Positions 34,465 through 49,363 are shown, counted from the stretch's first letter. The stretch: 57,158 nucleotides of DNA from Hyphochytrium catenoides (GCA_900088475.1 FLMG01000131.1:1-57158); one strand, 5' to 3'. The notes: generated from the letters alone by a model not told the origin. Made by a program: numbers and translations.

Positions 34465-35418
34465 TAACCCCTAAGATTAGAGAGAAGAGAGCCACCTGGA
34501 GCTGCGTTCACTGTTGGGCTTAGGACGTCAGTAGGATTGAGGAAAAAGAAAGAGCGTTCAATCCCGCTACCCTCATGTACAGGTTCTTCTCTAAGGCAAG
34601 AAGTGATTATTTGTTTGGAAGGAGAACTGTTGGCTTGCCATTCACTTTGGGCATACGTTTCTCAACGCTGCGCTTTACCAGTAAGAGTAGAACACTTTGA
34701 AGAAGACAAGGGTGATTGCGCTCCCGACTAATCTTGGTAATCTACATGTTAAATCTTCAAAAGCAATATTGGTCCCACCAGGGCAGCGACGAATGGGAGA
34801 CATGATTTTATGGAATATACAGGTTGAGGATGCTTTCTCAGGTCAAGAAGAGCTGACTCCGCTCCATTTTTCTCAGGTAAACGTTGGCTATAAGAATAAG
34901 TAATCTACTGGGCCCTTCTATGAGCTGCTGCCTTCATACCTAGAGAACCTGTTCCCACTCTTCGGTCACTGTCTTCCTTGATGAACTCTCCACCATCACC
35001 TTGCAAGACGGGCTGTCGATCTTCGCTGTCTGATAGCGCCAAAAGGACAGACAAACTGTAAAAAGCTCCATCTCATGTGCTCCAGATCAGAAACGGATAT
35101 TTGGACCTCCTTGAATGTTTCCAAATATACTTAAAGTTCCAGAGAATTAAATGCAGAGGAAACATTCGTATCATTCAAGTATGCCTTTTCGATACTTTTC
35201 GAGGCATATCTTGGATGATGTCAAAAGAGTCAGAATCCAGTTCACGATCGTCGTCGTCGGTCTTTCCTTGGCCGTGCGGAGAGGACCAGTTGCGCCTGCC
35301 TTGACCTAGAAGCGCGGCTCTTGACTGTTGAAGCAGACTGGTACGAGACTGGGTCCTTCTCGAGACTGTACTGTCATCGGTAAGTTTGAGCTGGAACGGC
35401 TTCGTATCGTCGGGGAGA

Positions 35419-36615
35419 ATGGTGATGTGGACACTTATTACGGGTGCGAACCGTGGCATCGGATTTGAGCTCGCTCGGCAGCTCTTGCTGGTTGACAGGC
35501 CAGTGCTTATTGGGGGGCGAAGCGGAGATCTGATTGAGAAGGCTAAGAAGGAGTTGCTGCAGCTGACCAACAAGCAAGAAGAAAATGTTGCTACTTTTGA
35601 GCTGGATTTGATGGATGATGCAAGGTATCTGCTGCTGCGAGCAGCTATATCGTGTCTCTTTTAAGAATCCTCTCCCAGTGACTTGACATCATGAGACCCA
35701 CAATCAATCTGCAGCTCTTTCTCTTGTACGAGATGTCTTAGAGTCCGCTCCTTCTCTTATACGGAGTTCTTAGGTCTCGCTTCTCCTCTGGCTCTGCGTG
35801 AACCCCACTCCTTCAATCAGCATCACAAGCGCCATCGAGTATCTTAGCAAGCACTTTGATCAAAATATCACGGCGCTAGTCAACAACGCCGCCATTTTGC
35901 GGCAAGACACCTGGACCCGAGAAAATTTTGATGAGGTCTTGAAGACAAACTATCACGGAACCTTACGGTTCCTTAGAGGCGTTGCGCCGCTACTTCCACC
36001 CGAGTCCCGAGTTGTCAACATTTCTTCGCGCATGGGAGAGCTCTCTGGGCTACCTCAAGTCTATAGAGAAGCGATAGCGAATGCGAGCTTGGACGATCTA
36101 GAGAAGATTTCCTTTGATCCTAATCTCCGTAGCGCAGGCACTGTCTCGTACTCCGTTAGCAAGGCGATGATCAATAGAGCTACCCATCTGCTCGCAGAGG
36201 AGGAGCCTTTCAAGAAAAGGCACATCAAGCTTGTCGCTCAGACTCCTGGATGGGTACAGGCTCCTTTGCCCCTACATCTGGAACATATCGCTTCCATAGT
36301 ATCTTCTCTAACGTTCTTCCCGTAAAAGCTCACGAGACCTGTCGGCGCAGCATAGAGTGTCCTGCTGAGCGCACTTTCACTTCTTCACCGCGCTGCCAGA
36401 CATGATCTGTGTCCTCTGCGCTTGTTTGTTTCTGGAGAGTCTCCTTCTGATGATTTCCTCCTTTATTGTAGGTTCAGACAAGAATGGGCGGAAGCGGAGC
36501 CCCTAAGTCCATTGAGGACGGAGGACGAGCGCCTTTCCGCGCGGTGACATGTGACTTCGCGTCCCTGCCCAACGGCTGCTTTGTAGATGAAGAGGTTAAG
36601 CCGTTGGAGTTCTAA
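35419..36615 (+). CDS. Short-chain dehydrogenase/reductase, carbonyl reductase-like; 3 exons
   Basis: TGANRGIG (TGxxxGxG), LVNNAA, VVNISS, YSVSK (YxxxK) and PGW|VQTRMGG. TAA at 36613-36615. Confidence 0.92.
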
Positions 36616-38523
36616 GGGCTACTGTCGATATGTTGCAAGAACAAGAGGCGCACTCAGTCGAAACGAAGACGTATGGCGGAGGCAATCGTGTGCACATATT
36701 GTCCTCGTTCCGTTGCGCAGCGGATCTTGTTGAATGCTCTTACCGGCACGTTAAGTGCTTGGAGGAGAGAGTCCGTATTGAGACGATGCAGCGTGGCGGA
36801 AGATGACGGACGCGACTAGACTTATCTGCGCAATATGACAATTCCATATCTCTTCGCAATAGCTTGTTAGTCTAGAAACTTTGCTAAGCTGCTGGCTGCT
36901 GACGGCTGACCAGAGCAAGAGTAGATGAAAGGGTGCACTTGATGCATGCACACCACCAGGAAGTTGATGCCTTCTTCATTCCTTCCTCCTTACGAGTCAG
37001 TGAGACGCCTTTGATGCTTTGAAGATAGCCGAAGGAGGTGCTTGGAAAGTAAACGACCACATCTTAGCTTTTACGTACAGCTTACACGGAGGAGGAGGAT
37101 AACCCAAGGACCTCTCGCGTGACCCCACACGAGGCCAATCATCCCTTTCCTAAACTAATGCGTCTACTTTTCCAATGAGCTGATGACGCTCTTGTGAAGG
37201 GTGGCTCCCCCCATAGTTTTCCATTAGTAGCAGTATCAAGGGAAACTCTTCATCTGCGACCGAGGCGTGAGCACAGGCAGAAGCAATAAACTTGTGAATA
37301 GTAAGCAAGAGCACCATGGATTAGCTTTGTCTTAGCCGGTTGGAGCCAGGTCAGAGGATGACACTCCGAGGAATCACCGGATGAGGTCAATAAGATACTC
37401 CACATCCGACAGGTCTTGAGCAGAGAGATTTACTCTTGCCTTCCGACTTTGCTAGGAAGAGAAACCTCAGCTAGGAAGAAGTATCTGTTTCTTCAAGAAT
37501 AAGGAAACAAAGAAGCAACNNNNNNNNNNNNNNNNNNNNNGAAATTTCATCGTAAACAGAGCCATATCACCAGGTCCCCCAAACAACCACTTGCCTTCAC
37601 CTCTCAGCATGATGATCTCTACTTCGACCAAATCCACTGCCCACAGACGACTCCTTCTGTCCAATGCACTGGCTCCAAATGGACCCTCAGGTACATTCCC
37701 TTAGTCGGGAGACCTTTGCTCTGTGCCTTGACTACCACCATAATACCTAGGAAAGAGAAGACGCTCAGCTGAAGGAATCGTCCACATCCTCCTTCAAGCG
37801 TCTATCTAGATGACCGCAGACCGCCACTGTCCTTTAGGATCACCTCAAGACAGACCACCCTCCGCCACTAGTGACATGCGGCTAAAGAGCTAGGTCCCTT
37901 GCATGCATCACGGAGAATCTCTCAAAGAGATTGAGGCGCGACTGCTTGCAGCAGCTGCACAAGGAAGTTCTCATCTTCAAGGAGGCTCTTCATCATTCAG
38001 CAACCACGATGAAGATCCAGGGTGAGAGGTTCTGATGATCGCACCAAAGATCTTCTTCTCATGCGCAGCGAAAGATTTCCGTATTAAATTATTTGAGGGA
38101 ATATTCCACTATGGAGTCAAGAGAATGCCTTGATAAATTCAGGTCTTCACGTTTCAAATATTTCACCCGCTTGATATCTTTCAACAGAACCAGCTTTGGT
38201 CTTGAGACCTTGGGTTGCTGTCTGGCCTCCTGCTCGGCCCTGTGACAGTGTAAAGCCCACTGTTCGTTGAGCAGAGAGAGCAGCAGCAGCGCTTGATGAT
38301 GATGATCCTCTCCTGCAGGGTTACCCTTGCTACCTCCGTCCAGCTTGCCTCCTGCTCGCTCTGGATCTTGCTTCTCTTCCCTCCTCTTTCTCAGCAGCCT
38401 TAAAAGTCTCTTAAGTTCTGGAAAGAAGGGGGAAAAGCGAAGGTGTCGTGCCGCCGCACGAAGAGAAGAAGAACAGTGTGGCCTTCACTCGATGCTCCTT
38501 CATCACAAGCTTCTCTGTGAACA

Positions 38524-40615
<2,092 letters not shown>

Positions 40616-43313
40616 GTAAAGATCTCGGGAAAGTCTCGTAGCAAGGACAAGGGTCCATACGTCTATACTGTTCTGTCGATTGCAGGATGATGTCATGATT
40701 GTAAATGATCCTTCTTCTTCTTCTTGCTTGGTACTGGCTCATTGGAAGGTGGATCTACGCGGATAAATGTTTTTGAGACAACCATTATATTGCCCTGTCC
40801 ACATTATTCAGGCTTTGTAGCCCGGTTCTTTTAACCTCAGATTGAGCATTAATGCCTGACGACTTTAGTTTGCCAGTAAGCGTAAAGCTGCCGTTGCATT
40901 CCGTTCTCTGCGATAAAACTATCTGTCACATTGTCTTCCATGTCAAGAAGAAAACGCAGCGCCGATGACAAGTAGCGCGGCAGCTGATGGTCTCCCACGT
41001 TACTCGTCACATTCAGACCTTTCTGCTCTTCGAGCGCAATCTGTCTCTATCAGCGCTAATAATAGCCCAATGTTGTTGACCTGATAGATTATTTATGTGC
41101 AACTTATTCTCTCGGCAGCCTTTAGACCAACCAGAGGAGTGGTATCTAGGGCGGGGTGAGTGCAGGCCAGTGTTGCTAGCGGATATCCTGAGACTTCCTA
41201 TGCTTGAGACAACAGACGCGCTACCCGGTCAACAATGATGATAACCAACCCAACCTATAGAACAAGATGAAGATGGCGTCTGTTGATGGCCGGAGGAAGA
41301 ATACTGACACGTGTCCTGGAGCCGGATCCTGCTGAACTAGTTCCTCCCGTTGGTGTGACAAGCTTAGAAGGGTAGCGAAACACAGAAGACAGCAAGACAA
41401 ACGAGAACGCAGCCGTTTCTATCTGAGCTGGGGACAGAGACAGAGCTGATGTGCCTTCCTTGCTACAGAGAGACGGCGCTTTGGGTCCTTGTTTCTCTGA
41501 GTGCTGCGTGTGCTCTCCAAGATCTTAAGGCTGAGCTTCAAAGAAAGAATGTGGACTGAACTGTCGGACAAAAAAAGACAGCTGTTGCTTTGTTGCTGAT
41601 GAAAGCGGGTGCAGAGACGAGGAAGTTATATGGGAGAACGACCTCAGCCGGCCAGGCGACATACCTCTTCTATATCTTCTACTCAGTCTCCCTCTGACCT
41701 TCTCTCACTTAGTTATTTCCTCTCTCTTTAGAGTCAATTATTACTTACTGGTCTTCCGTCCTATCGACTTTCATTGTCTCTCTCACTCTCTCTCTCTCTC
41801 TCTCTCCTGCTCTGCTGTATATAATATATATACCTTATATGTATCTCTTGGTCGTCTATTATCTGTCTCTCCCTCTGACCAACACATCCTTCTAGTCTCA
41901 ACCAATCTTGCTTCACCTGCTTCCAACTCCTCAAGATCCCCCGGAGTTCGAAGAGTCAAAGAAAGAGAACGGAGAAAACGCGGAGAAACCGAAAAAATGT
42001 TCTCAGTTCTCCTAGTCTTCTCTTCTTTCATCTTTTTTCCAAAAAGAGAGATTGCCGTTACTTTTTGCCTGATGAATGAATAAATAAAAGCTCATCACGT
42101 TCAAGGTATGAGAGAGGAAGAGAGCAAGAGAGAGACCCTTATCCTCTTGCCCTCTCGAGTCGCAACGGCATAATTGTGACGCGATGCTCATTTTTTAGTA
42201 GTGTATCTCTCTACCTAGCCTTGTAAGCATTTGTGCCCGTAAGGAGTGAAGGTAGAAGGGCACACAGTCACACCATCTGTCTGTGACACGTTAGGAGGCA
42301 GAAGAGAGGTACAGAAAGAGGTCGGGACCTCAGTATATATAAATAGATAAGGCTGATGGCCTGTGTCATCACCCATAGACTTATGCCAAACGACAGAGGT
42401 GAAGGAATGACAAAGAGAGCCTGGAAGACCATGAATAGTGTTATATATCCTCCTGACTCTGTCTGCTCATGATTGATGGCACGCTCTAATGATCAAAGGC
42501 CAAGAAGGAGGACTGACAGTGTAGCAGTCGAGACCTTTACGTGAGCATGGTGCTCGTGATAATGTCGACTGAGGCAGGCGCTTGATTAGGTCATCTCCTC
42601 GTCAGCACAGCCCTTGGACACGGCACATCAGCCGACCGTCCTAACGGCCGGGCAGAGCAGAGTAAAGGAGAGAAAGAAAGAGAAAGAGAGAGACCTTTTG
42701 ACGGGGAGAGAGAGACCCTGGAGGAGCCGTAGGAGCTGCGGGAAGTGGAGCTGCTGGCGCCTCTGTGTGCGCAATTGGTCCACAATCTGTAACGGACGCT
42801 TCCGAAGAAATATTCCCATAGTTTCATAACCCAAGAGTTCTTTCGTTTCATTCTTTCTCTTTTGTCAAACAAATGTACGGAAGTGACATTTTTGACAATA
42901 GGGTATGGATGTGAATTATGTTGTAAAGCGTCATGAGACACATTATTATGAACGAACGGGTTACGAGCTGATCTGGCCAAGAACTAGATATTCCTTTCAT
43001 GAATGTTTTTGATCAAGTGATTGAGCCAGCTCCAATCTATTCAGAATGAGAAACCTCTTATACCATATAAGGCCTGCTACAGTGTTCCATATCAAAGCAG
43101 CAGAGTACATACAAGTACCGTCCAGATACCGTAGCGCCATCCTTTGCCACTGTAGATCGTGGCGCCAGGCATCACATGATGTACTTCTACAATATCACTA
43201 TGAAAGGGATGAAAACTGAGGATGCGGAGCACCACCATCACGTCATCAGAAGGAGCTTTACTTATTGAGCTCAACGAAGAGATCGACCTCTCTATTATGC
43301 CTGATTAATGCCT

Positions 43314-44126
43314 ATGATGTCAAGATCAGCAATATTCCGATGCGTCTTCTGCCTTTTCAGCATCTTCTCAATCTGACGGTAGCTGTCCATCACTTTGTTA
43401 TCCTCTTCTGAGCGGCCAAAGGTCTTTCTTTTCTGAAACTACCGCAGAGAGTACTTCGCTCTCCCTCATGGCTGCTTGACTCTTCTCTCTTACTAACTGC
43501 ATGGATTTGTAGACCCGCAAATAATCCCTGGTCCTCCGAGCAAAGCGGCGGACACGTACAAGGGGTAAATAGCTGTCATCCAGCGCGGCGCAGACGTTCT
43601 TGTGGAGGTTGCCGGCGTTATAGTCCTTCGTCTCCCTCCAAAACGAAAGCTTGCCCTTCCCCCAGCAGTATTTCACTCCCATGTCTGCCACTTCGGGATG
43701 ACCCTTAGGCGACATGAGTAGGATGTGGCCTCGCTTGTGTATTGCGGCCTTCAGGACACTCATCTCTCCTTGAAGATCTGGACATTTAGAAAGGACGTCC
43801 ACCATCCCCTCCTTTTTCAACCCGGCTTGTACAAGCCGTGCTCATAAAGGACTTGTAGTTATTTACCCCTTGTACGTGTCCGCCCCTTTGCTCGGAAGAC
43901 CAGGGATTCCCTACGGGTCCACAGCTCCATGCAGTTAGGAAGAGAGAAGAGTCAAGTAGCCATGAGGGAGAGCGAAGTACTCTCTGCGGTAGTCTCAGAA
44001 AAGAGAGACCTTCTTGGTGGAGCTCTGGCGGCAGAAGAGGATAACAAAGTGATGGACAGCTACCGTCAGATTGAAGATGCTGAAAAGGCAGAAGACGCAT
44101 CGGGATATGGCTGATCTTGATATCAT
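43314..44126. repeat. Long imperfect inverted repeat: arms about 43314-43571 and 43860-44126, spacer about 290 bp
   Basis: The reverse complement of 43861 (atttaccccttgtacgtgtccgcc) equals 43570-43547. Both arms encode SMQLxREKSQxAMRESEVLSAVVSEK on opposite strands. Homology ends at atgatgtcaagatcagc / gctgatcttgatatcat. Confidence 0.95.
43398..43820 (-). mobile_element. Degenerate C-terminal fragment of an IS630/Tc1-mariner-type DDE transposase
   Basis: ORF reads CPDLQGEMSVL...RGHILLMSPKGHPEVADMGVKYCWGKGK..R...LHKNVCAAL....VRRFARRTRDYLRVY. This matches the remembered pattern PKxHxEL..IEYxWG..K...L...V..AL....IRRF.R...Y of fungal/stramenopile DDE transposases. The expected catalytic E appears as K and the N-terminal part is absent. 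Confidence 0.65.
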
Positions 44127-44684
44127 CCCTTCGAGGGGCTGCATCCTGCGCTCCGCCAGAGCAGAATGAGCGCTGCTGATGGGACAGCCTCTAAGTCCTT
44201 CTCCATCAGAAAGGACGGGTAATGGGATGATGAGTGCTGGTGAAATCAGTGGGACAGAAAGGCACGTATGTGTTCTCGTATCGCCTGCGCATTCTTTGGT
44301 TATCGGAAGCATCCAGAAGGAATGGGCTCGCAAATATCTGCTGTAGGGCCGGCAATAGGGATCAGGAGGAGTGCAAAAGTGGGATGCTGTTTATTCGTTT
44401 ACTCTGCTATCTCATAAGCGCTGGGATGTACTCGTTCTGGGCACAAAGACCTTTACCGTACACAGCCAACCTTACAACTGGACCAAAGAGCAGTGGATTA
44501 AGCTCTTTTTTCGCCCAAGCATAGAGATGGACGGAGATTTACATTTGAGGTTGCTGGCTGGCTGCTTGACATAGATCAGTGAGAGTTAAGACTTCTGTGG
44601 GCACCGCCCCCTTTGTACTGTTCGCGTACTTGTCTGTGAATGCCACAGTGTATACTTATCGTGTGTAAACCTCCACTCGGCAGA

Positions 44685-46364
44685 CTACTGGCTGCGACCA
44701 AAAGAACCGGTCACATCCGTCTAGGTTTGACGGCACACAGTCAGAATAGTGGAGCAGTATGTATCGAGAGCTAGTCCGCCTACCTCAATCGGGAAGTATA
44801 TATCTCTCTTCTTGGCAGCTGTAGCAATGGCTGCGAACGTCTCAATGTATCGCAAGCCAATCATGTACTGAGTGGTATTCACGCCAAAGTCCTGCATGGT
44901 GGCTCTGTGAGGAAAGGAAGCTTATCGCGTAACTCCATTCCGTGACTATAATATTCATCACCTTGAGAGCTTCCCCAATCAGTTGCAAGGCCTCTGCTTC
45001 GGCTCTAGCAACCAGAGTTCGCCCATCAGAAACACCCTTCGCCCTGAGGACCGAGACCTTGAGAAGTGGTTAGAGAAGTCAGGCTAACTGCTTTATTAGT
45101 GCTGGCAGGGTGTCGCTTACCTGTTGTTCCCCAGTAGCTATTGCAATTTGAGACTGACACTCTCCCTCGGCTATTTATAGTGTGGATAATAACATCACAG
45201 TGCGGTGAGCGGTGAGAAAAAAGGTCTTCTCTAACCCCACTCAACGGCTGTTCCCACCTTCAGTCTTCACTTGCTCGCGATAACCTTCCGCAGTGACAAT
45301 AGTAGCTCGACGAATACGCTCCGCAGCGAGCTGTTGGTGCATCGCTGCTTGAACGGACGGAGTCGGAATAATCTCCAGAAGCTCCACTCTGCAAATTTGC
45401 ATGCCCCAGTTCTGACAGACTTGCCTGCGGAAATAGAACAGAGGCCAAATGGCAAGTCCCATTTAGACATAAATCTTCCTGTTCAATGCAATGTTATCAA
45501 AGCCGAAAATGAGCGGTTCGTTGGACATACTGGATCTTCTGTGTCATACTCCGGTTGATCTCCTCCCGAGAGGCCAAAGTGTCATCGAGGCCCATGTCTC
45601 CGATAATAGAACGGAGCGTTGTCTGCACCAGCTTCTCCACGGCGTGAGAAAGGTCATAGGTCTATATAAATCACCGATATCAAGTTAGGAATGCCTTTCT
45701 ATCTCCTCAAGAACTATCCAAAGGCCTACTTCACCGTGCGATCTCACCTCATAGGCAACCCTGACAGGGTCTACAAGCTCGTATATAAGCATCGGATGCA
45801 CGAAGATCTCTACGTTATCTCGAGTAATAATCGGCTGCAAGGGAAAGTCGAGGATGCTTTGCCGGGAGTCGATTCTTCTGATCTTGCATTGGGTGATAAT
45901 CACTTCCTGTTTATCGCCATTGACGTAGGCCTGCAAGATGTTGAGGTTAAAGAACGATCCTCAACGAAGGCATGCTCAAAAATTGCTGTGTACCTCAGTA
46001 TATCGCCAGGTGACTGCTCGCATTGTGTCCATAATGGGAACCAGCCAGTGTATTCCTCCATCAAGCTGCAGGTTGATTTAGACGGAGAAGAATCAGAATC
46101 GGGTTAAGCAGGCGCTCGGAAAGGCACTGCCGCAACCTACCCTCTTATGGAATTTGCCCCACCGCTCAACGATGACAGTGGTTTTTTGTTGAACAGATAT
46201 CAGGTTCACGAGGGACCATATCAACAGTATCTGCAAGCACAATGGGCGTAAGTATCGGTTGTCTACACCTGAAGAAACGGCACCTTCATGTTTCGCCTTA
46301 CCCCGGCAGGGACGCCAAAGATGATGCCAAAGAAGATGCTGTAGACCTCGGCGTCGTCTGCCAT
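44685..46364 (-). CDS. Stomatin-like SPFH/Band-7 protein with N-terminal TM anchor; multi-exon
   Basis: MADDAEVYSIFFGIIFGVPAG|ILLIWSL...IVERWGKFH, GIHWLVPIMD, QPIITRDNV, VQTTLRSIIGDMGLDDTLASREEIN, WGMQICRVELLEI, AMHQQLAAERIRRATIVTAEG, YMIGLRYIE. The last exon reads TDVTGSFGRSQ*. Confidence 0.92.
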
Positions 46365-47210
46365 CGTTGCTACTACTTCCAGTCTACCAGTCTGATATCT
46401 AAGAACTCAACCACTGAACGCAATGATCTCCTTGCAGGCAGAGTCAAAGCCTCAATCAACGAGCTCTGAAAGGCGTCTTCTACCAAAGAGTTACAAGTGA
46501 TGAAAACCTCTTACATTTCTGTAAATAATTTCCAGCAAAAGAGACCACTATAAATCTACCAAGAAAGTTTAGGGCTCAGTAGACAGAAAAATAACAGTCA
46601 CACGGAACTCCCAACAACAAACCAGAACCTTTCACAACGAGATCTATGGCTAGAGATCAGTACGTATCAGTAATTAGATTCTACGGGAATTAGTTATCAA
46701 TACCATTTTCAGACAGGCCTGGAGTTCGTAATCCTGACAAAATAGCACCAGAGTTGTGAACTGGAACTGTCAACGTTGTAAACTTACAGCCGTTAAACGA
46801 TACGGGAAGTATTCATCACTGCAAATATTGCTTTGCAAGCTTTATTCTGTATGAAACGGAAACTAAACTTCAACCTGTTCAGCGTCTGGCTCTCTGCTTC
46901 GCAAGTCGAATGAGTCCAGAGCTTGGGGACAGCTCTCATCAGTCAGGCAAGTCAGTGTCCCATGAGACAGGACGGGCCGAGCTCTGGTGCTGTCTGTGTA
47001 GTCTTTCGATCCTGTTGTTGAAGAAGCACAGCACAGTACAGGTACAGTACAGTATAAAAGGCTTTAGTCTCTATCTCGAGTTCTATTGTTTAGGCCTTTG
47101 TAAGGCGCTCTTCTTCAGAACAAAAGTATAGCACTTCTTTTTAGTGTATGCTATCTCTAGGGAAATCAAGAACCAAAGAGGATGACTACACAAAGACCAG
47201 ACAAGAGTGA

Positions 47211-47310
47211 CTCCACCAATCAGAGGCAATCAAAGTTTCAAGCCAACCAATAGCAGCGGGCATTAGGGAAAGGGCTTTTACTTGATTGGCTCCTACTGTC
47301 CAATCAAATG
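47211..47310. promoter_or_regulatory. Cluster of four CCAAT boxes (candidate NF-Y sites)
   Basis: CCAATCAG at 47216, CCAATAG at 47247, TGATTGGC at 47283-47290 and CCAATCA at 47300. Confidence 0.4.
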
Positions 47311-47339
47311 GGAGCAGTAACACGGTGATGGGGCGACTT

Positions 47340-48164
47340 GAGAGAAAGAGAGAGAGAGAAAGAAAGAGAGANNNNNNNNNNNNNNNNNNNNNNNNNNNNN
47401 NNNNNNNNNNNNNNNNNAGAGAGAGAGAGAGAGAGAGAGAAAGAGAAAGAGAGAAAGGGATAGTTGGGCCGAATCGAGAGATTAGAGAGGGAGAAAGAAG
47501 GCGAGAGATAGCGAGAGAAAAAGAGAGAGAACGAGAAGGAGAGCAAGAGCTGTGAGCCATAGCTAAAAATCTTACAATCGAGAGTTGAGTGTCTAAAGTT
47601 AAAATGACGGAGTGCAAGTCACAGGTAAAGAGAGAAGGATAACCGGGAGCAGGTAGAGAGCAAAGGGGAAGAGAGAGAAAATAGAGAGAGAGAGAGAGAG
47701 AACGGGGGAGAGAGAGAGAGAGATGATCTCAGTCAGGACAGGGCGGGCGAGGTAACAAAGAAGGTACAGCTGTTGGTAGAGCGACATCACCATATGTCGC
47801 TTGGACCAGCCGCAGAGGGAGAGGAGAGAGGGGAGAGAGAGAGAGAAGAAGAGAGAGATAGAGAGATGAACTAGTAAGAGAGGGTGAGGGAAAGAACGAG
47901 AGCGAGAGAGAGGGAGAGACAGAGAGCGAGACGAGAGAGAGAGAGAGGGAAAGAGGGAAAAAGAGAGAAGGAGAAGAGAGAAGAAAGCGGGGTAAACGGG
48001 AGGTGAGGGACGGCAAGGAATGATGGAAGGGGAAGGCCTTTGTCTCTAAGAATAAGAGAAGATGACGAAGTTTCTATCTTTGGATCCTCAGCAGCCAGCC
48101 CGCATGCCTAACGGGCCATCACCAGCCCTACCCCACAGTCACTCTCCAAGAATAGACACCATAT

Positions 48165-48199
<35 letters not shown>

Positions 48200-48232
48200 T
48201 TCCCTCTTCCTCTGTTCCTCTCTCTCTCTCTC
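47340..48232. repeat. Extended GA-rich then CT-rich low-complexity region, including an N-gap
   Basis: GA runs at 47340-47545 and 47660-47990, a CT run at 48165-48232, and a gap at 47372-47417. Confidence 0.88.
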
Positions 48233-48585
48233 TTGCCGTGTTCCTGACGAGGTCGACGCATCTCTAGCTTGATCTGTCACGGTCATCATCCCGCCCCTGT
48301 AACCGCACTCGGCTGGCAGTGACGCTTTCCGTCTCACACAGACGTCAACCCAATCTCTCCCTCTCTCTCTCTCCCTTTCTCTCTCTGTCTCTCTTGCACT
48401 CTTCAGTCCTTTCCTTTCTAATCTATTGGAGGCACGTCCCTCTCTTTCTCTCTCTTTTCCTCCCCACCCTAGTGAATGTGCTAGAGCCCTTGCTGCTGCC
48501 TAAGAAGGCTGCTGCAAGCGGAGCAGCGCTGAGAGCCTCTCTCTCCTTTCTCATAGTGAAGATTCTAGAGCTGGTTGGTCTTATC

Positions 48586-49363
48586 ATGCCCGCACCGCCC
48601 TGCCCACACTCTGCCCCCACTCACTTTCCTTTCAGACACAAAGACGAAACGTTGGTCCCAGCCCCTTCGCCCTCACTCTTGCAACCTAGACAGACCAGCG
48701 CCCGAAGCTCCATTGAGTCTGAAAGAGCTTCAATAATCTTCAAATTGAGTTCCCGTTCCTTATACTCTAAGAAGCACAATGTGTAAACCGACCGTCTTCT
48801 TAAAGGTCCAACCTGGTGGCGCACTGCCGGTGGACATCGCGAGCGTCCTGCAGCATCAAGTTAAAGGCAATCCGCAATCCGCCAACCCGGATAGAGATCT
48901 GCAGCTTGAGAATGTAACGGAGACTGTCAGAGTTTCTCAGACGGTCAAGCCGCAGTTGATAGTTAGCATCGCTGCTCAGAAGGAAACTGATTTAGTAGCC
49001 CCAATAGTTGCCACCGAGACATTGGGGACCTTGGCTTCATCCTTTGTTAAGGAAACGGCCGCCATCCCGTCTGGGTCTGTGGAGACGGAGACGGCACAGC
49101 GTAAGGAAGAGCGTCCGGGGATTGAGGAGCCAGAGAAAGCTCCTGAGCCTGCCCTTCCCTATGCCATGGGAGTTGCTGTGCACCCTCGAGTCCGCGCTCT
49201 AATCCAGGAGGAGCGCAGCTTCTGTTGTGACATTCGAAGGCCACCACTAACGGCCAACAAGCTCCAGCCACATCGCACGGCCCTTCTTCAAAGCTCTAAT
49301 AAGTGGCACCCATCCACTGCCGGGGCCGCTGTGAGTCTTGGCCATGGTATCCTTGCTGCCTAA
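48586..49363 (+). pseudogene. Hypothetical low-complexity coding stretch, broken into two frames
   Basis: ORFs 48319-48786 and 48779-49363 have P/S/T/E-rich protein-like composition. No domain was recognised. Confidence 0.2.

Noticed and set aside
43823-43838. 16-bp perfect palindrome as a stand-alone feature
   Set aside because: About one such palindrome is expected by chance in 57 kb (4^-8 per position). It is mentioned only because it lies near the inversion junction.
43314-44126. Intact transposon with terminal inverted repeats
   Set aside because: The arms are transposase coding sequence, the ORF is truncated with a substituted catalytic residue, and no target-site duplication was identified.
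48781-48805. Possible 25-nt intron joining ORFs 48319-48786 and 48779-49363
   Set aside because: Weak donor (GTGTAA) and no recognisable protein to validate the frame.
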